Positions 36,826 through 47,831 of a DNA stretch of 64,000 nucleotides are shown piece after piece. The stretch's first letter is position 1. Each line of letters begins with the position of its first letter. Made by a program: the position numbers and the translations under genes. Source of the DNA: an uncultured Candidatus Saccharibacteria bacterium (GTDB lineage Bacteria > Patescibacteriota > Minisyncoccia > Phycocordibacterales > UBA2100); the NCBI GenBank assembly GCA_964586255.1, contig CAZPGE010000001.1, positions 64,750 through 128,749 on the forward strand, written 5' to 3'. A model generated the notes under the pieces. That model saw only the letters and a program-made list of their open reading frames with translations, ran no database searches and was not told the DNA's origin.

Positions 36826-38397
36826 ATGGACTCATCGACGGTACAAAAGATCATCAAAGAGATTGAGAATCTCGCACCTGCGCACGAGGGGCAGCATGTT
36901 GGCAAAGTTGTCGCGGTGGGTGACGGCGTTGTCGCTATCGATGGACTCTCCAAGGCGGTGATGTCTGAAATTCTTCTTTTTGAAGAGGGTAAGGGCAAAA
37001 AACTTGCCGAAGCCATGGAGGAGACGGGGGAGCTTTACGGACTCGTCTTGAACCTTGAAGAAGACGGCGTGCGTGCCACGATTCTCGGCGACACGGCGCG
37101 TGTGCACGAAGGCATGACGGTCAAATCGACGGGTAAGATTCTCGAAGTACCTTCCGGCGAGGAGCTTCTTGGTCGCGTAGTGAACGCGCTCGGGGAACCA
37201 ATCGACGGCAAAGGCCCGTTTAAAAATCCGACCATGATGCCGGTCGAACGCGAAGCGAAAGGTGTCATTCAGCGTAAGTCGGTCACGGTGCCTCTTCAGA
37301 CCGGTATCAAAGCTATCGATGCGATGATTCCGATAGGTCGCGGTCAGCGTGAGCTCATCATCGGTGACCGAGGTACGGGAAAGACCACGGTCGCTATCGA
37401 CGCGATACTTAACCAAAAGAACGAGCCGAAAGAGACGCGCCCAATCTGTATCTATGTCGCCATTGGCCAAAAGGAATCAAAGACCGCGCGTATCGTGCAG
37501 CAGCTCCGCGAAGCGGGTGCTCTCGAATACTCAATCGTCGTCGATGCTCCCGCATCGGCCCCGGCTGCGCTTCAGTACCTCGCACCGTTTAGCGGCGTCG
37601 CCATCGGAGAATACTTTATGGATGCCGGCAAAGATGTGCTCATCATCTACGACGACCTCTCAAAGCAGGCGACCGCGTATCGCCAGCTCTCGCTCCTCCT
37701 TCGTCGTCCGCCAGGTCGCGAAGCGTACCCGGGTGACATCTTTTACCTCCACTCGCGTCTTCTCGAGCGCGCAGCGCGCCTCTCAGACGAGGCAGGGGGA
37801 GGCTCCATCACGGCGCTTCCTATCATCGAGACACAAGAGGGTGACGTGTCCGGGTACATCCCGACCAACGTAATCTCTATTACTGACGGCCAGATGTTCC
37901 TCATTACCGATCTCTTCAACAAAGGCATCCGTCCGGCAATCGACGTTGGTATATCGGTCTCTCGCGTGGGCTCAGCAGCACAGACCAAAGCGATGAAAGG
38001 CGTCGCAGGCGGTATCAAGCTCGAGCTGGCGCAGTTCCGCGAGCTCGAAGCGTTTATGCAGTTTGCTTCCGACCTCGACAAGGAGACTGCAGACCGCATC
38101 GAATCCGGCCGACGCATGGTGGAAGTTCTAAAGCAGAAAAATGGCGAGCCTATCGCGGTAGAGAAGCAGGTCGCCGCGATTTACGCAGCAAACCTCAAAT
38201 TCTTCATGGATGTGCCGGTCAACAAGGTCACGACGGTCGAGAGAGCGTATGTCGAATTCCTCGATAGCAACTTCGCGCAGACACTTGCTGGTATCAAAAA
38301 GACGGGCCAGCTCTCCGATGATGCCAAGAAAGAGCTCGGAAAAGCAATGGAAGATTTCCGTGCGGCGCACGGCGAATATTTCACCGAGGCAAAATAG
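36826..38397 (+). CDS. atpA: F0F1 ATP synthase subunit alpha
   Basis: GDRGTGKT Walker A and full alpha-subunit similarity. Confidence 0.95.
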   Translation: MDSSTVQKIIKEIENLAPAHEGQHVGKVVAVGDGVVAIDGLSKAVMSEILLFEEGKGKKLAEAMEETGELYGLVLNLEEDGVRATILGDTARVHEGMTVKSTGKILEVPSGEELLGRVVNALGEPIDGKGPFKNPTMMPVEREAKGVIQRKSVTVPLQTGIKAIDAMIPIGRGQRELIIGDRGTGKTTVAIDAILNQKNEPKETRPICIYVAIGQKESKTARIVQQLREAGALEYSIVVDAPASAPAALQYLAPFSGVAIGEYFMDAGKDVLIIYDDLSKQATAYRQLSLLLRRPPGREAYPGDIFYLHSRLLERAARLSDEAGGGSITALPIIETQEGDVSGYIPTNVISITDGQMFLITDLFNKGIRPAIDVGISVSRVGSAAQTKAMKGVAGGIKLELAQFRELEAFMQFASDLDKETADRIESGRRMVEVLKQKNGEPIAVEKQVAAIYAANLKFFMDVPVNKVTTVERAYVEFLDSNFAQTLAGIKKTGQLSDDAKKELGKAMEDFRAAHGEYFTEAK

Positions 38398-38409
38398 CAG
38401 TACCGCTTT

Positions 38410-39315
38410 ATGGCAAACCTCAAGTCCATAAAGTCAAAAATACTCTCGTATAAAAAGACGGGAACTGTTACGCATGCAATGGAAGCGGTTTCGGCAGTAA
38501 AGATGCGCAAGGGACAGGAGCGTGCACTTTCTGGCCGTGCCTACGCTGCCGCCGCGCTTACCGTCATGGAGCGTCTCGCAGGTACCGCCGACCTCTCGCG
38601 CCATCCGCTCATGCAGGAGCGCGCAGGGAAGACGGCAATAATCGTGATAACGAGCGACAAGGGGCTCGCAGGCTCGCTCAACAGCGGTGTGATTCGCAAA
38701 GCAGAGACGCTTGCAAAGACTCTCGATAAGGCCGATGTCATCATCTATGCCTTTGGGCGCAGAGGAGGGGAATACTTTACATCGCGAGGATTTGATATGG
38801 GTCTCGTGAAGACCAATGTGAGCGATGATATCACCGAGGGCGAGATGCGAGAGATGACCGCAGATATACTTTCGCGCGCCGACATCACATCTGTGTATGT
38901 CGTATACCAAAACTTCGTTTCCACCTTTGAGCAAGAGCCTTCTGTCCGCCAGATAGTGCCGGTAAAGCCCGAGGCGATGCGGGAGATTGTCGCAGGCATC
39001 CGACCCGCTCGCGGTAAATATGCGCCACAACCGACTGCTGAGCGCATCCCTGCACCGGCTGCGTACACCGTCGAGCCAGATGCTGATGCAGTGCTCTCCG
39101 TGCTTCTTCCTAAGCTTATCAATGTGGCAGTCTTCCACTCACTTTTAGAGAATAAGGCATCTGAGCACTCGGCGCGCATGGTGGCCATGAAGAGCGCGAG
39201 CGATAAGGCGAAAGAAATGGCGCAAGGACTCACGCGCACATTCAACAAAGTCCGCCAAGCAGCTATTACGCGCGAAGTTTCGGAGATTACCTCAGGTATT
39301 GAAGCGATGAAGTAA
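38410..39315 (+). CDS. atpG: F0F1 ATP synthase subunit gamma
   Basis: MANLKSIKSKI...AMKSAS...ITREVSEITSGIEAM gamma signature. Confidence 0.9.
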   Translation: MANLKSIKSKILSYKKTGTVTHAMEAVSAVKMRKGQERALSGRAYAAAALTVMERLAGTADLSRHPLMQERAGKTAIIVITSDKGLAGSLNSGVIRKAETLAKTLDKADVIIYAFGRRGGEYFTSRGFDMGLVKTNVSDDITEGEMREMTADILSRADITSVYVVYQNFVSTFEQEPSVRQIVPVKPEAMREIVAGIRPARGKYAPQPTAERIPAPAAYTVEPDADAVLSVLLPKLINVAVFHSLLENKASEHSARMVAMKSASDKAKEMAQGLTRTFNKVRQAAITREVSEITSGIEAMK

Positions 39316-39322
39316 TGCTCGT

Positions 39323-39912
39323 ATGCGCGAGCTTTTGATAGCAACAAAAAACGCGGGGAAAGTTCCTGAGATCTCGCAGCCGCTCGAAGGCACGCCATTT
39401 CGGATTATTTCTTTGCTCGATTTGCCCGCTACGCTGGATGTTGAGGAGCATGCCATGACGTACGAGGGCAACGCTATCATCAAAGCGGTTACATATGGTC
39501 GTCGCACAGGCTTGCTTGCGCTCGCCGACGACTCGGGTCTGGAAATAGGTGCGCTTGAAGGCGAGCCGGGCGTGCAGACGGCACGGTTTCTCAGCGGTAC
39601 CTATCGAGAGAAGATGACGACGCTTTTGGAAATGCTCAAAGATGTGCCCGACGATAAGCGCGGCGCCGTCTTTAGGGCCGTCGTCGCCATATACGACCCC
39701 GCTACGGATAAGGTGCGCACATGCGAAGGCGTCGTGACGGGTTCAATCGTGCGTGAAATACGCGGGGAGAGTGGTTTTGGATACGACCCAATATTCGATT
39801 ACGAGAATAGGGGGAAAACCGGCGGGGAGAACGCGCGCAGCGAGAAGCTTGAGCTCAGTCATCGTGCGCGCGCGATGAACAAGGCGAGAGAGATTCTATT
39901 GGCAGAATTTGT

Positions 39913-39916
<4 letters not shown>
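39323..39916 (+). CDS. rdgB: non-canonical purine NTP pyrophosphatase (RdgB/Ham1 family dITP/XTP pyrophosphatase)
   Basis: IATKNAGKVPE...FGYDPIF...SHRARA are Ham1/RdgB motifs. It is embedded in the atp operon. Confidence 0.8.
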
Positions 39917-41714
<1,798 letters not shown>

Positions 41715-41719
41715 GCGCT

Positions 41720-41971
41720 ATGGCAGATCACCCCAATACATTTCATCTGGTAATCGCCTCAGTCGGTGAGACGATCTTCGACGGTGCCGCAATTTCTGCG
41801 ACTATTCCCGGCGAAGCAGGAGAATTCACGATACTTCCATCGCACGAGCCGCTTGTTACGACACTCAAAAAGGGTTTCATTTCGGTGAAGACGTCACAAG
41901 ATGCAAAAAAGTTCGAGGTTGAAAGTGGAGTACTTGAATGCTCGGGAAGCCGAGTAGTCGTCCTCTTGTAG
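41720..41971 (+). CDS. atpC: F0F1 ATP synthase subunit epsilon (N-terminal beta-sandwich only, 83 aa)
   Basis: Epsilon N-domain similarity (HLVIASVGETIFDG...ILPSHEPLVTTL). The C-terminal helical hairpin is absent. Confidence 0.75.
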   Translation: MADHPNTFHLVIASVGETIFDGAAISATIPGEAGEFTILPSHEPLVTTLKKGFISVKTSQDAKKFEVESGVLECSGSRVVVLL

Positions 41972-42013
41972 TTTTCAACACGAAGAGATATCCCTTCGCT
42001 CGTAACAGGTACA

Positions 42014-43831
42014 ATGAGCGTAATGCGTTACGCGGCATTTTTTGTTCTTGCTCTCTCCTTTCTCATTCCGACATCGGCGAGCGCCGCGTTTGTGCCACTC
42101 GTGAGTAATAAGGGGTGTACCGCCGCATCGGCAGGCAATCCCTCCGGCGAGAAATCGTTCTCATTCATAAGTGGAGCACAGGAAGTGAAAGCATATCTTG
42201 ATTCAAAAGTTGCCTGTCCGAGCGCCTGCTTCCATGAGACCGTCACGCTCGAAGTGGGGGCTTTAGGTATTAAGACAATTATCCGAGGAATTAATGCGTG
42301 CACGAGAACCGAAAAAGACCCCAATGCGGAGGATGCTGTTAAGGACAAGAGAGGCTGCGGTGCGGGTCTCACAGCACCCACGGTGACCGTAAAGGTGACG
42401 GGTCTTGTTCAGAAAGAGTATCCGGCGAAATCTCGATGTGATGCTGAAAACATCGCGGCGGCAATAGACGCGGTCGCAAAAGGAGATATGAGCGGCGCTC
42501 AAGCGGCTTTGGAGAGACTTGCGGAGTCGCCCGACCTGCCGCCGGAATTACGTGGTGCAATTACTGGCAACCAGGGTCTCATCGATGCATTTGTGCAGAC
42601 GGGCGTGACTCCACAGCAGGCAGCGAGTATTGTGCAAAGTAATCCGGTGGCGGCGGCAAACTATATAAACGCTATTGCTCAGAATGATACACAAGCAATT
42701 GCCGCCACTGCAGCGCAGCTCAACTTGAATCCCAATATTTCTTTCGCCCAGCAGCGGGCGATCATGCAAATCGCAGCGCAATCTGTTCCCCAGCAGCAGG
42801 CACCTGCACAGCAAGCGCCCAATGCAGCTTCAACGTTTGCCGATGGTGCGGTGTCCGATATCGTAAAAGCGAAATGCGCTATCGCGAGTATCGAGAGCGG
42901 CAGTTGCCAAGGAAATCATTTCTTACGCGGCCCGATAACCCGCAGAGGGGATCGCGCGTACGGCAAATATCAAGTCATGGGCGCCAATGTCCCTTCGTGG
43001 ACGATGCGCTCGTGTGGCCGTGCATATAGCCCTGAGGCATTCCTCAGAGACCCGCAGTGTCAGGAGAAGGTGTTTGAGACCATCTTTTCGGAGCATGTGC
43101 GCTCGTGTGGTAGCTACGAAGGGGCAGCATCCAAGTGGTTCAGCGGACGGTGCCAGATCACAAACTCGAATGATGGGTATACATCGGTTTCGACGTACGT
43201 TCGTCGCTTTGCTGCCGTGTTCGGAAGCTCCACGATGCCGTTTGGTTCTGCGGCGAGTCTACAATCCTTTGGACAAAGTCCGTTCTCGCAGGTAAATCCA
43301 TTCGGAGAAATACGAGACCAAAGTATCACGTGCGATGACAGGTATTGCTATCTCCAAAACTGGTCGGGGCAATCCACCGGCGGTCCCGTATCTACGGGCA
43401 TGCCAGTATCCACTGGTGGACCAATTTCCACAGGAGGACCGGTCTCAACAGGTGGGCAAGTCTCGACGGGAGGTCAAGTTTCTACCGGCGGCCAGGTTTC
43501 CACAGGTGACACAGGACAGACGAGCGGAACATCGGGTGGTACGAATCAGCCAGCCCCCGCGCAGGTGCCGCCTGTGGCCTCGCTTATCATCCAGCCACGC
43601 GAACCGCTGCGCGATAATCCGATCGTCGTATCGTGGTCCAGCGTTGGTATGCGATTAGCTCCTACATGTCGCGTCCTCGTAGCATCGAGTACGACCGCTA
43701 TCCTTGCAGAAGCAAACGAAGGGTCAAAGACTATTCGTCTCGGAAGCGCTGGCTCATACAAATTTACACTGGAGTGCAAGGCTATGAGTGGTGCAGATGT
43801 ACGACAGACGACCACAGTACTGGTAAAGTAG
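42014..43831 (+). CDS. secreted large protein with tandem VSTGG(P/Q) repeats (hypothetical)
   Basis: N-terminal signal peptide ending in ASA-A. Cys-containing globular regions. Eight or more pentapeptide repeats PVSTGMPVSTGGPISTGGPVSTGGQVSTGG..., encoded by 15-nt tandem DNA repeats at about 43380-43500. Confidence 0.6.
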   Translation: MSVMRYAAFFVLALSFLIPTSASAAFVPLVSNKGCTAASAGNPSGEKSFSFISGAQEVKAYLDSKVACPSACFHETVTLEVGALGIKTIIRGINACTRTEKDPNAEDAVKDKRGCGAGLTAPTVTVKVTGLVQKEYPAKSRCDAENIAAAIDAVAKGDMSGAQAALERLAESPDLPPELRGAITGNQGLIDAFVQTGVTPQQAASIVQSNPVAAANYINAIAQNDTQAIAATAAQLNLNPNISFAQQRAIMQIAAQSVPQQQAPAQQAPNAASTFADGAVSDIVKAKCAIASIESGSCQGNHFLRGPITRRGDRAYGKYQVMGANVPSWTMRSCGRAYSPEAFLRDPQCQEKVFETIFSEHVRSCGSYEGAASKWFSGRCQITNSNDGYTSVSTYVRRFAAVFGSSTMPFGSAASLQSFGQSPFSQVNPFGEIRDQSITCDDRYCYLQNWSGQSTGGPVSTGMPVSTGGPISTGGPVSTGGQVSTGGQVSTGGQVSTGDTGQTSGTSGGTNQPAPAQVPPVASLIIQPREPLRDNPIVVSWSSVGMRLAPTCRVLVASSTTAILAEANEGSKTIRLGSAGSYKFTLECKAMSGADVRQTTTVLVK

Positions 43832-43835
43832 GCGC

Positions 43836-44129
43836 ATGGGATTTAAGCGAAATAAGGAGGATTTCGTGTGTGAACACTGTGGGAAGCACGTGCAGGGAGA
43901 TGGGTACACAAATCATTGCCCCGCGTGTCTGTGGAGCAAACATGTCGATGTAGACCCGGGCGACAGAGCAGCCGCGTGTGGCGGGATGATGAAACCCACC
44001 GTGCTCGAAGGTACGACGCCAAAATATGTGATTGTTCATGTGTGTGAGCGGTGTGATTTTCAGCGCCGCAACAAAGTGCAGTCGAATGATGAGCCCGCGG
44101 CCATCGTGGCCTTGTCGGGAAAACACTGA
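43836..44129 (+). CDS. RNHCP domain-containing protein
   Basis: CEHCGKHV...NHCPACLWSKH...CERCDF Cys-rich pattern, characteristic of the RNHCP domain. Confidence 0.55.
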   Translation: MGFKRNKEDFVCEHCGKHVQGDGYTNHCPACLWSKHVDVDPGDRAAACGGMMKPTVLEGTTPKYVIVHVCERCDFQRRNKVQSNDEPAAIVALSGKH

Positions 44130-44346
44130 CTTGTCTTGTGTGCCCTGCGATGCATAATGCGTGCATGAAGAAGAATCTCGGACACGACCAAGAGGACAGA
44201 GGCGTGGAGGGGCACGTGGAAGAAGAAATCATCAATGGTGAAAAGATAGTCCACGAGGTTCCTCCCGCTGTAGACGGACTCGGACGACCTGCCGCGCCGG
44301 AAGATGATTTGGGCTGCGACTAGCGGCGTGTGTTAGAATCTCGTCC

Positions 44347-44940
44347 ATGATTGCAAAAAAGATTGTATTACTCTTGGGCCATCCGGACTCGGTGGGGCTC
44401 AACAACGAACTCGCCGCGGCATACGAAAAAGCGGCGCTCGATGCGGGCCATCAGGTTACCCGCTTTAATATCGGTGCCATGCAATTCGACCCGATTTTGC
44501 ATAAGGGGTATCGAGCGATGCAAGAACTCGAGCCGGACCTCAAGCGGTTTCAGGAAGCGGTGATCGCGTGTGACCACTTTGTAATCGTGCATCCCATATG
44601 GTGGGTCGGTATGCCGGCTCTGCTTAAGGGGCTCTTTGACCGCTCTTGGCTGCCTGGCTCCGCTTTTCGCTACATCAAGATGCAGTCGGGAAAGCGTACC
44701 GTCTTTTGGCACAGGCTTATGAAGGGGAAGACGGCACGCATAATAGTGACGAGTGGCACACAGCCATTCCTAGTCAGATTTTTACCGGGCAATGTAAACG
44801 CACAGCTCAAATGGGGCATTCTTTGGTTCGCCGGATTTAAGACACGTACACTCTGGCTTGGTCCCTCTGAAAACGTGCCAGAGTCTCGGAAGACCAAGTG
44901 GCTCAAAAAGGTGACTCGCCTCGGTGCGCTCGCAAAATAG
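44347..44940 (+). CDS. flavodoxin-like fold NAD(P)H-dependent oxidoreductase (NQO1/MdaB/KefF-like)
   Basis: KIVLLLGHPDS...LNNELAAAYEK...CDHFVIVHPIWWVGMPALLKGLFDR matches the Flavodoxin_2 family pattern. Confidence 0.65.
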   Translation: MIAKKIVLLLGHPDSVGLNNELAAAYEKAALDAGHQVTRFNIGAMQFDPILHKGYRAMQELEPDLKRFQEAVIACDHFVIVHPIWWVGMPALLKGLFDRSWLPGSAFRYIKMQSGKRTVFWHRLMKGKTARIIVTSGTQPFLVRFLPGNVNAQLKWGILWFAGFKTRTLWLGPSENVPESRKTKWLKKVTRLGALAK

Positions 44941-45003
44941 CGAAGGGAAAAGCGGCCCAGAATCTAGTCAAAGCCGCGCTTGTGTGGTACTTTGCCTCAA
45001 TCT

Positions 45004-46104
45004 ATGGCACTCGCAGTGGGCATCGTCGGTCTTCCAAACGTGGGGAAATCCACGCTTTTTAATGCGCTTACAAAAAAGGGAGTGCCCGCTGAAAACTATC
45101 CTTTTTGTACAATAGACCCATCAGTCGGTGTCGTCGCAGTGCCTGACCACCGCCTCGATGCGCTGAGCAAGATGTCGAATACGCAGAAGATTGTGCCGGC
45201 GGCCGTAGAGTTTGTTGATATTGCAGGACTTGTGAAGGGCGCGTCCGAAGGGGAAGGCCTCGGCAACCAATTCCTCACGCACATTCGTGAGGTCGACGCT
45301 ATCGCTGAAGTCGTGCGCATGTTCGATGACGAGGATGTGCTCCATGTGGCGGGCAGAGTAGAGCCGATGCAAGATATCGAAGTGATTGACCTCGAACTCA
45401 CGCTAGCGGACTTACAGTCGGCGCAAAAGCGCCTTGAGAGATTGGAGCGCGATTCTAAAAATGGCGATAAGGACCTCGTCGCGGAACGAGACGTGCTTCG
45501 CAAGCTCGTGCCAGCACTTACGCAGGGAAAAGCCGCGCGCACGGTAACGCTCGACGAAAAAGAAATGAAGATAGCAAAGTCATTCCAATTTCTCACGATG
45601 AAACCGATTCTCTACGTACTCAACCGCAAGGCCGGATGCGTGAATGTGGACGCAGAAAATGGAGAACGATGGCGAGAACTAAAAGGCTTTCTCGATCGCT
45701 CGGGTGCGCAGTATGTTTTTGTGGATGCCGGTGTAGAGCGCGAACTCTCTGATGTCCACGACGATGAGCGTGCGGATTTCCGACGGGAGCTCGGGGTGGC
45801 CGACGATGGCATCGATACGCTCATCAAGGCGGGGTACTCATTGCTCGACCTGATTTCCTTTTTTACGACAGGAGAAAAAGAGACGCGCGCATGGACGATA
45901 AAGCGTGGCTCTACAGCACCCGAAGCTGGGGCGGCAATTCATACGGATTTTAAAGATAAATTCATTCGTGCGGAAGTGGTGCACTGGGACAAGCTGCTCG
46001 AGGCCGGCTCGTGGTCAAAGGCAAGAGAGAAGGCGACATTGCGCACGGAAGGGAAGGACTATGTAGTGCAGGACGGCGACGTGATGGAATTTCTCCATAG
46101 CTAA
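45004..46104 (+). CDS. ychF: ribosome-binding ATPase YchF (Obg-family GTPase)
   Basis: GIVGLPNVGKSTLFNALT G1 motif and the TGS domain at the C-terminus. Confidence 0.9.
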   Translation: MALAVGIVGLPNVGKSTLFNALTKKGVPAENYPFCTIDPSVGVVAVPDHRLDALSKMSNTQKIVPAAVEFVDIAGLVKGASEGEGLGNQFLTHIREVDAIAEVVRMFDDEDVLHVAGRVEPMQDIEVIDLELTLADLQSAQKRLERLERDSKNGDKDLVAERDVLRKLVPALTQGKAARTVTLDEKEMKIAKSFQFLTMKPILYVLNRKAGCVNVDAENGERWRELKGFLDRSGAQYVFVDAGVERELSDVHDDERADFRRELGVADDGIDTLIKAGYSLLDLISFFTTGEKETRAWTIKRGSTAPEAGAAIHTDFKDKFIRAEVVHWDKLLEAGSWSKAREKATLRTEGKDYVVQDGDVMEFLHS

Positions 46105-46156
46105 AAAGAATGACCCGGCATTTCTGCCGGGTCGTACGCCTCGAACTGGTCGAGAC

Positions 46157-46684
46157 TTAGTTGGGATTCGGTGCTCCGCCGGAAGCGCTCGCGGACGCGC
46201 TGGAGACACCGACGCCGACGCCGATGGCGCTGCCGCCATAGCCGACACCCGTACCGCCGCTCCCGCCGAAGCCGAGGCCAAGACCGCCGTCACCGCCTCG
46301 CGCTCGCGCGGAGTTGATGTTCACCGGAGACGCACTCGCTCGCGAGCGGACATCGATGTTCGATGTGTTCGCGACATTGGTCGTCGCCGGCCGCAGCAAT
46401 GCTCCCGCGCCAGCAGTACCGGCACCGACAGCGATACCCGCCACGGCTCCCTTGAGCGCAGAAGGCACGACGCCTTCCGAAGCGGCCGTATTGATTGGCG
46501 CGACCTGACCCGTAGGACCGAGCGCGACAATCGTCGTGGTCGGCGGGCTCACGCCGTCGCCGGACGTTTCGATGGCGGCGACGGGAGTGCCGTTGGACAG
46601 CACGCCCTCCGTAATCGTGAGACGCGAACAAGCCCCAGACAGAACGCTCGCTGCGATGGCGAGGCACAGAAACAATCTGTTCAT
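46157..46684 (-). CDS. lipoprotein with Gly/Ser/Ala-rich C-terminal tail (hypothetical)
   Basis: Signal peptide plus lipobox LSGAC, then a low-complexity G/A/S-rich C-terminus. Confidence 0.5.
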   Translation of the reverse strand: MNRLFLCLAIAASVLSGACSRLTITEGVLSNGTPVAAIETSGDGVSPPTTTIVALGPTGQVAPINTAASEGVVPSALKGAVAGIAVGAGTAGAGALLRPATTNVANTSNIDVRSRASASPVNINSARARGGDGGLGLGFGGSGGTGVGYGGSAIGVGVGVSSASASASGGAPNPN

Positions 46685-46817
46685 TGTATTTCCCCAAGTT
46701 TTCCGCGCACCCTGATGACGCGCTGCTTGCATAGTAACACGTACAGGACTATACGTCAATCCTGAGCGAAGGGAGGACTACATGCTATGCTTTATGCATA
46801 TAAGCCTAGGAGCACAT

Positions 46818-47750
46818 ATGAATACAGCCCGTGTTACAGCCAAGGATTTCTTTATGTGGTTCGGTGCAATGGCCGCTCTCTACGGAGGTGTCGTCGCATT
46901 CGTATCACTCATATTCGAGTACATAAACGTCTCGTTTCCGAATCCCGTGCAGGAGGCGTATTACTACGCAGATTACGGCAGCAACATCAGCTATGAGACG
47001 GCGAGTCTCATCGTGCTTACGCCGGTCGTCATGGTGCTCATGCGCCTTATTCGACGCGACATCCAAGCAGACCCGTCACGCGAGGACACATGGGTGCGTC
47101 GTTGGGCGCTTGTCCTCACGCTCTTCGTAGCGGCCGCAGCCATGATTGTTGACCTCATCGTCGCGCTCACTACGTTTCTCCAGGGCGAGGAGATGACCGC
47201 GGCATTTCTCTTGAAGGTACTTACCGTGCTGCTAGTCGCAGGGGCTGGTTTCTTGCACTTTTTCTTCGATCTGAAAGGTTACTGGCAGCGTGAGCCCGCT
47301 CGCGCTCGTCTCATCAATTACGGTGTGGGGGTCTTGGTGCTCGTCACCATCATCGCCGGATTCTTTATCATCGGTACGCCGCAAGAAATTCGCCGCTTGA
47401 AACAGGACAACATTCGCGTTCAGAATCTGCAGGAAATCCAGTGGCAGGTGGTGAACTACTGGCAGCAAAAAGAAGCTCTTCCAAACGACCTTGTAGCGCT
47501 GAAGGACCCGATTGCAGGCAGTATCATCCCGGTGGACCCTAAGACAGGGGAGTCGTACGTCTACAAAAAGACCGGTACGATGACTTTTGAGCTGTGCGCG
47601 ACGTTCGATCGTGAAGGCGGGTTGAACTACTCCGTCACGAAGCCCGTGGAACTCGCAGCGGAGGACAATTGGCAGCATGGGGCAGGCGAAGCCTGCTTCG
47701 AACGCACTATCGACCCTGAGAAGTACCCACCATACAGCAAAACACGATAG
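46818..47750 (+). CDS. membrane protein (hypothetical; 4-5 TM plus C-terminal soluble domain)
   Basis: AGGAG SD lies 6 nt upstream of ATG 46818. Confidence 0.5.
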   Translation: MNTARVTAKDFFMWFGAMAALYGGVVAFVSLIFEYINVSFPNPVQEAYYYADYGSNISYETASLIVLTPVVMVLMRLIRRDIQADPSREDTWVRRWALVLTLFVAAAAMIVDLIVALTTFLQGEEMTAAFLLKVLTVLLVAGAGFLHFFFDLKGYWQREPARARLINYGVGVLVLVTIIAGFFIIGTPQEIRRLKQDNIRVQNLQEIQWQVVNYWQQKEALPNDLVALKDPIAGSIIPVDPKTGESYVYKKTGTMTFELCATFDREGGLNYSVTKPVELAAEDNWQHGAGEACFERTIDPEKYPPYSKTR

Positions 47751-47767
47751 CGCCGTGTCTTGATTTG

Positions 47768-47799
47768 AGAACCGCCTGCATGCGCAGGCGGTTCTTTTA
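47768..47799 (+). terminator. Intrinsic terminator between the membrane protein gene and leuS
   Basis: agaaccgcctgc-atgc-gcaggcggttct followed by tttat. Confidence 0.6.
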
Positions 47800-47831
47800 T
47801 GGCACAACAGGGCGTGTTACGCTGGTCTGCA

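Noticed and set aside
43375-43505. CRISPR-like short tandem repeats
   Set aside because: The repeats are 15 nt, contiguous and in-frame within a long ORF, encoding (P/Q)VSTGG units. There are no spacers and no cas genes.
47799-47831. Upstream ATG (47799) as the leuS start
   Set aside because: This ATG sits inside the T-tract of the preceding terminator hairpin. The LeuRS alignment begins at MQYD (47832).
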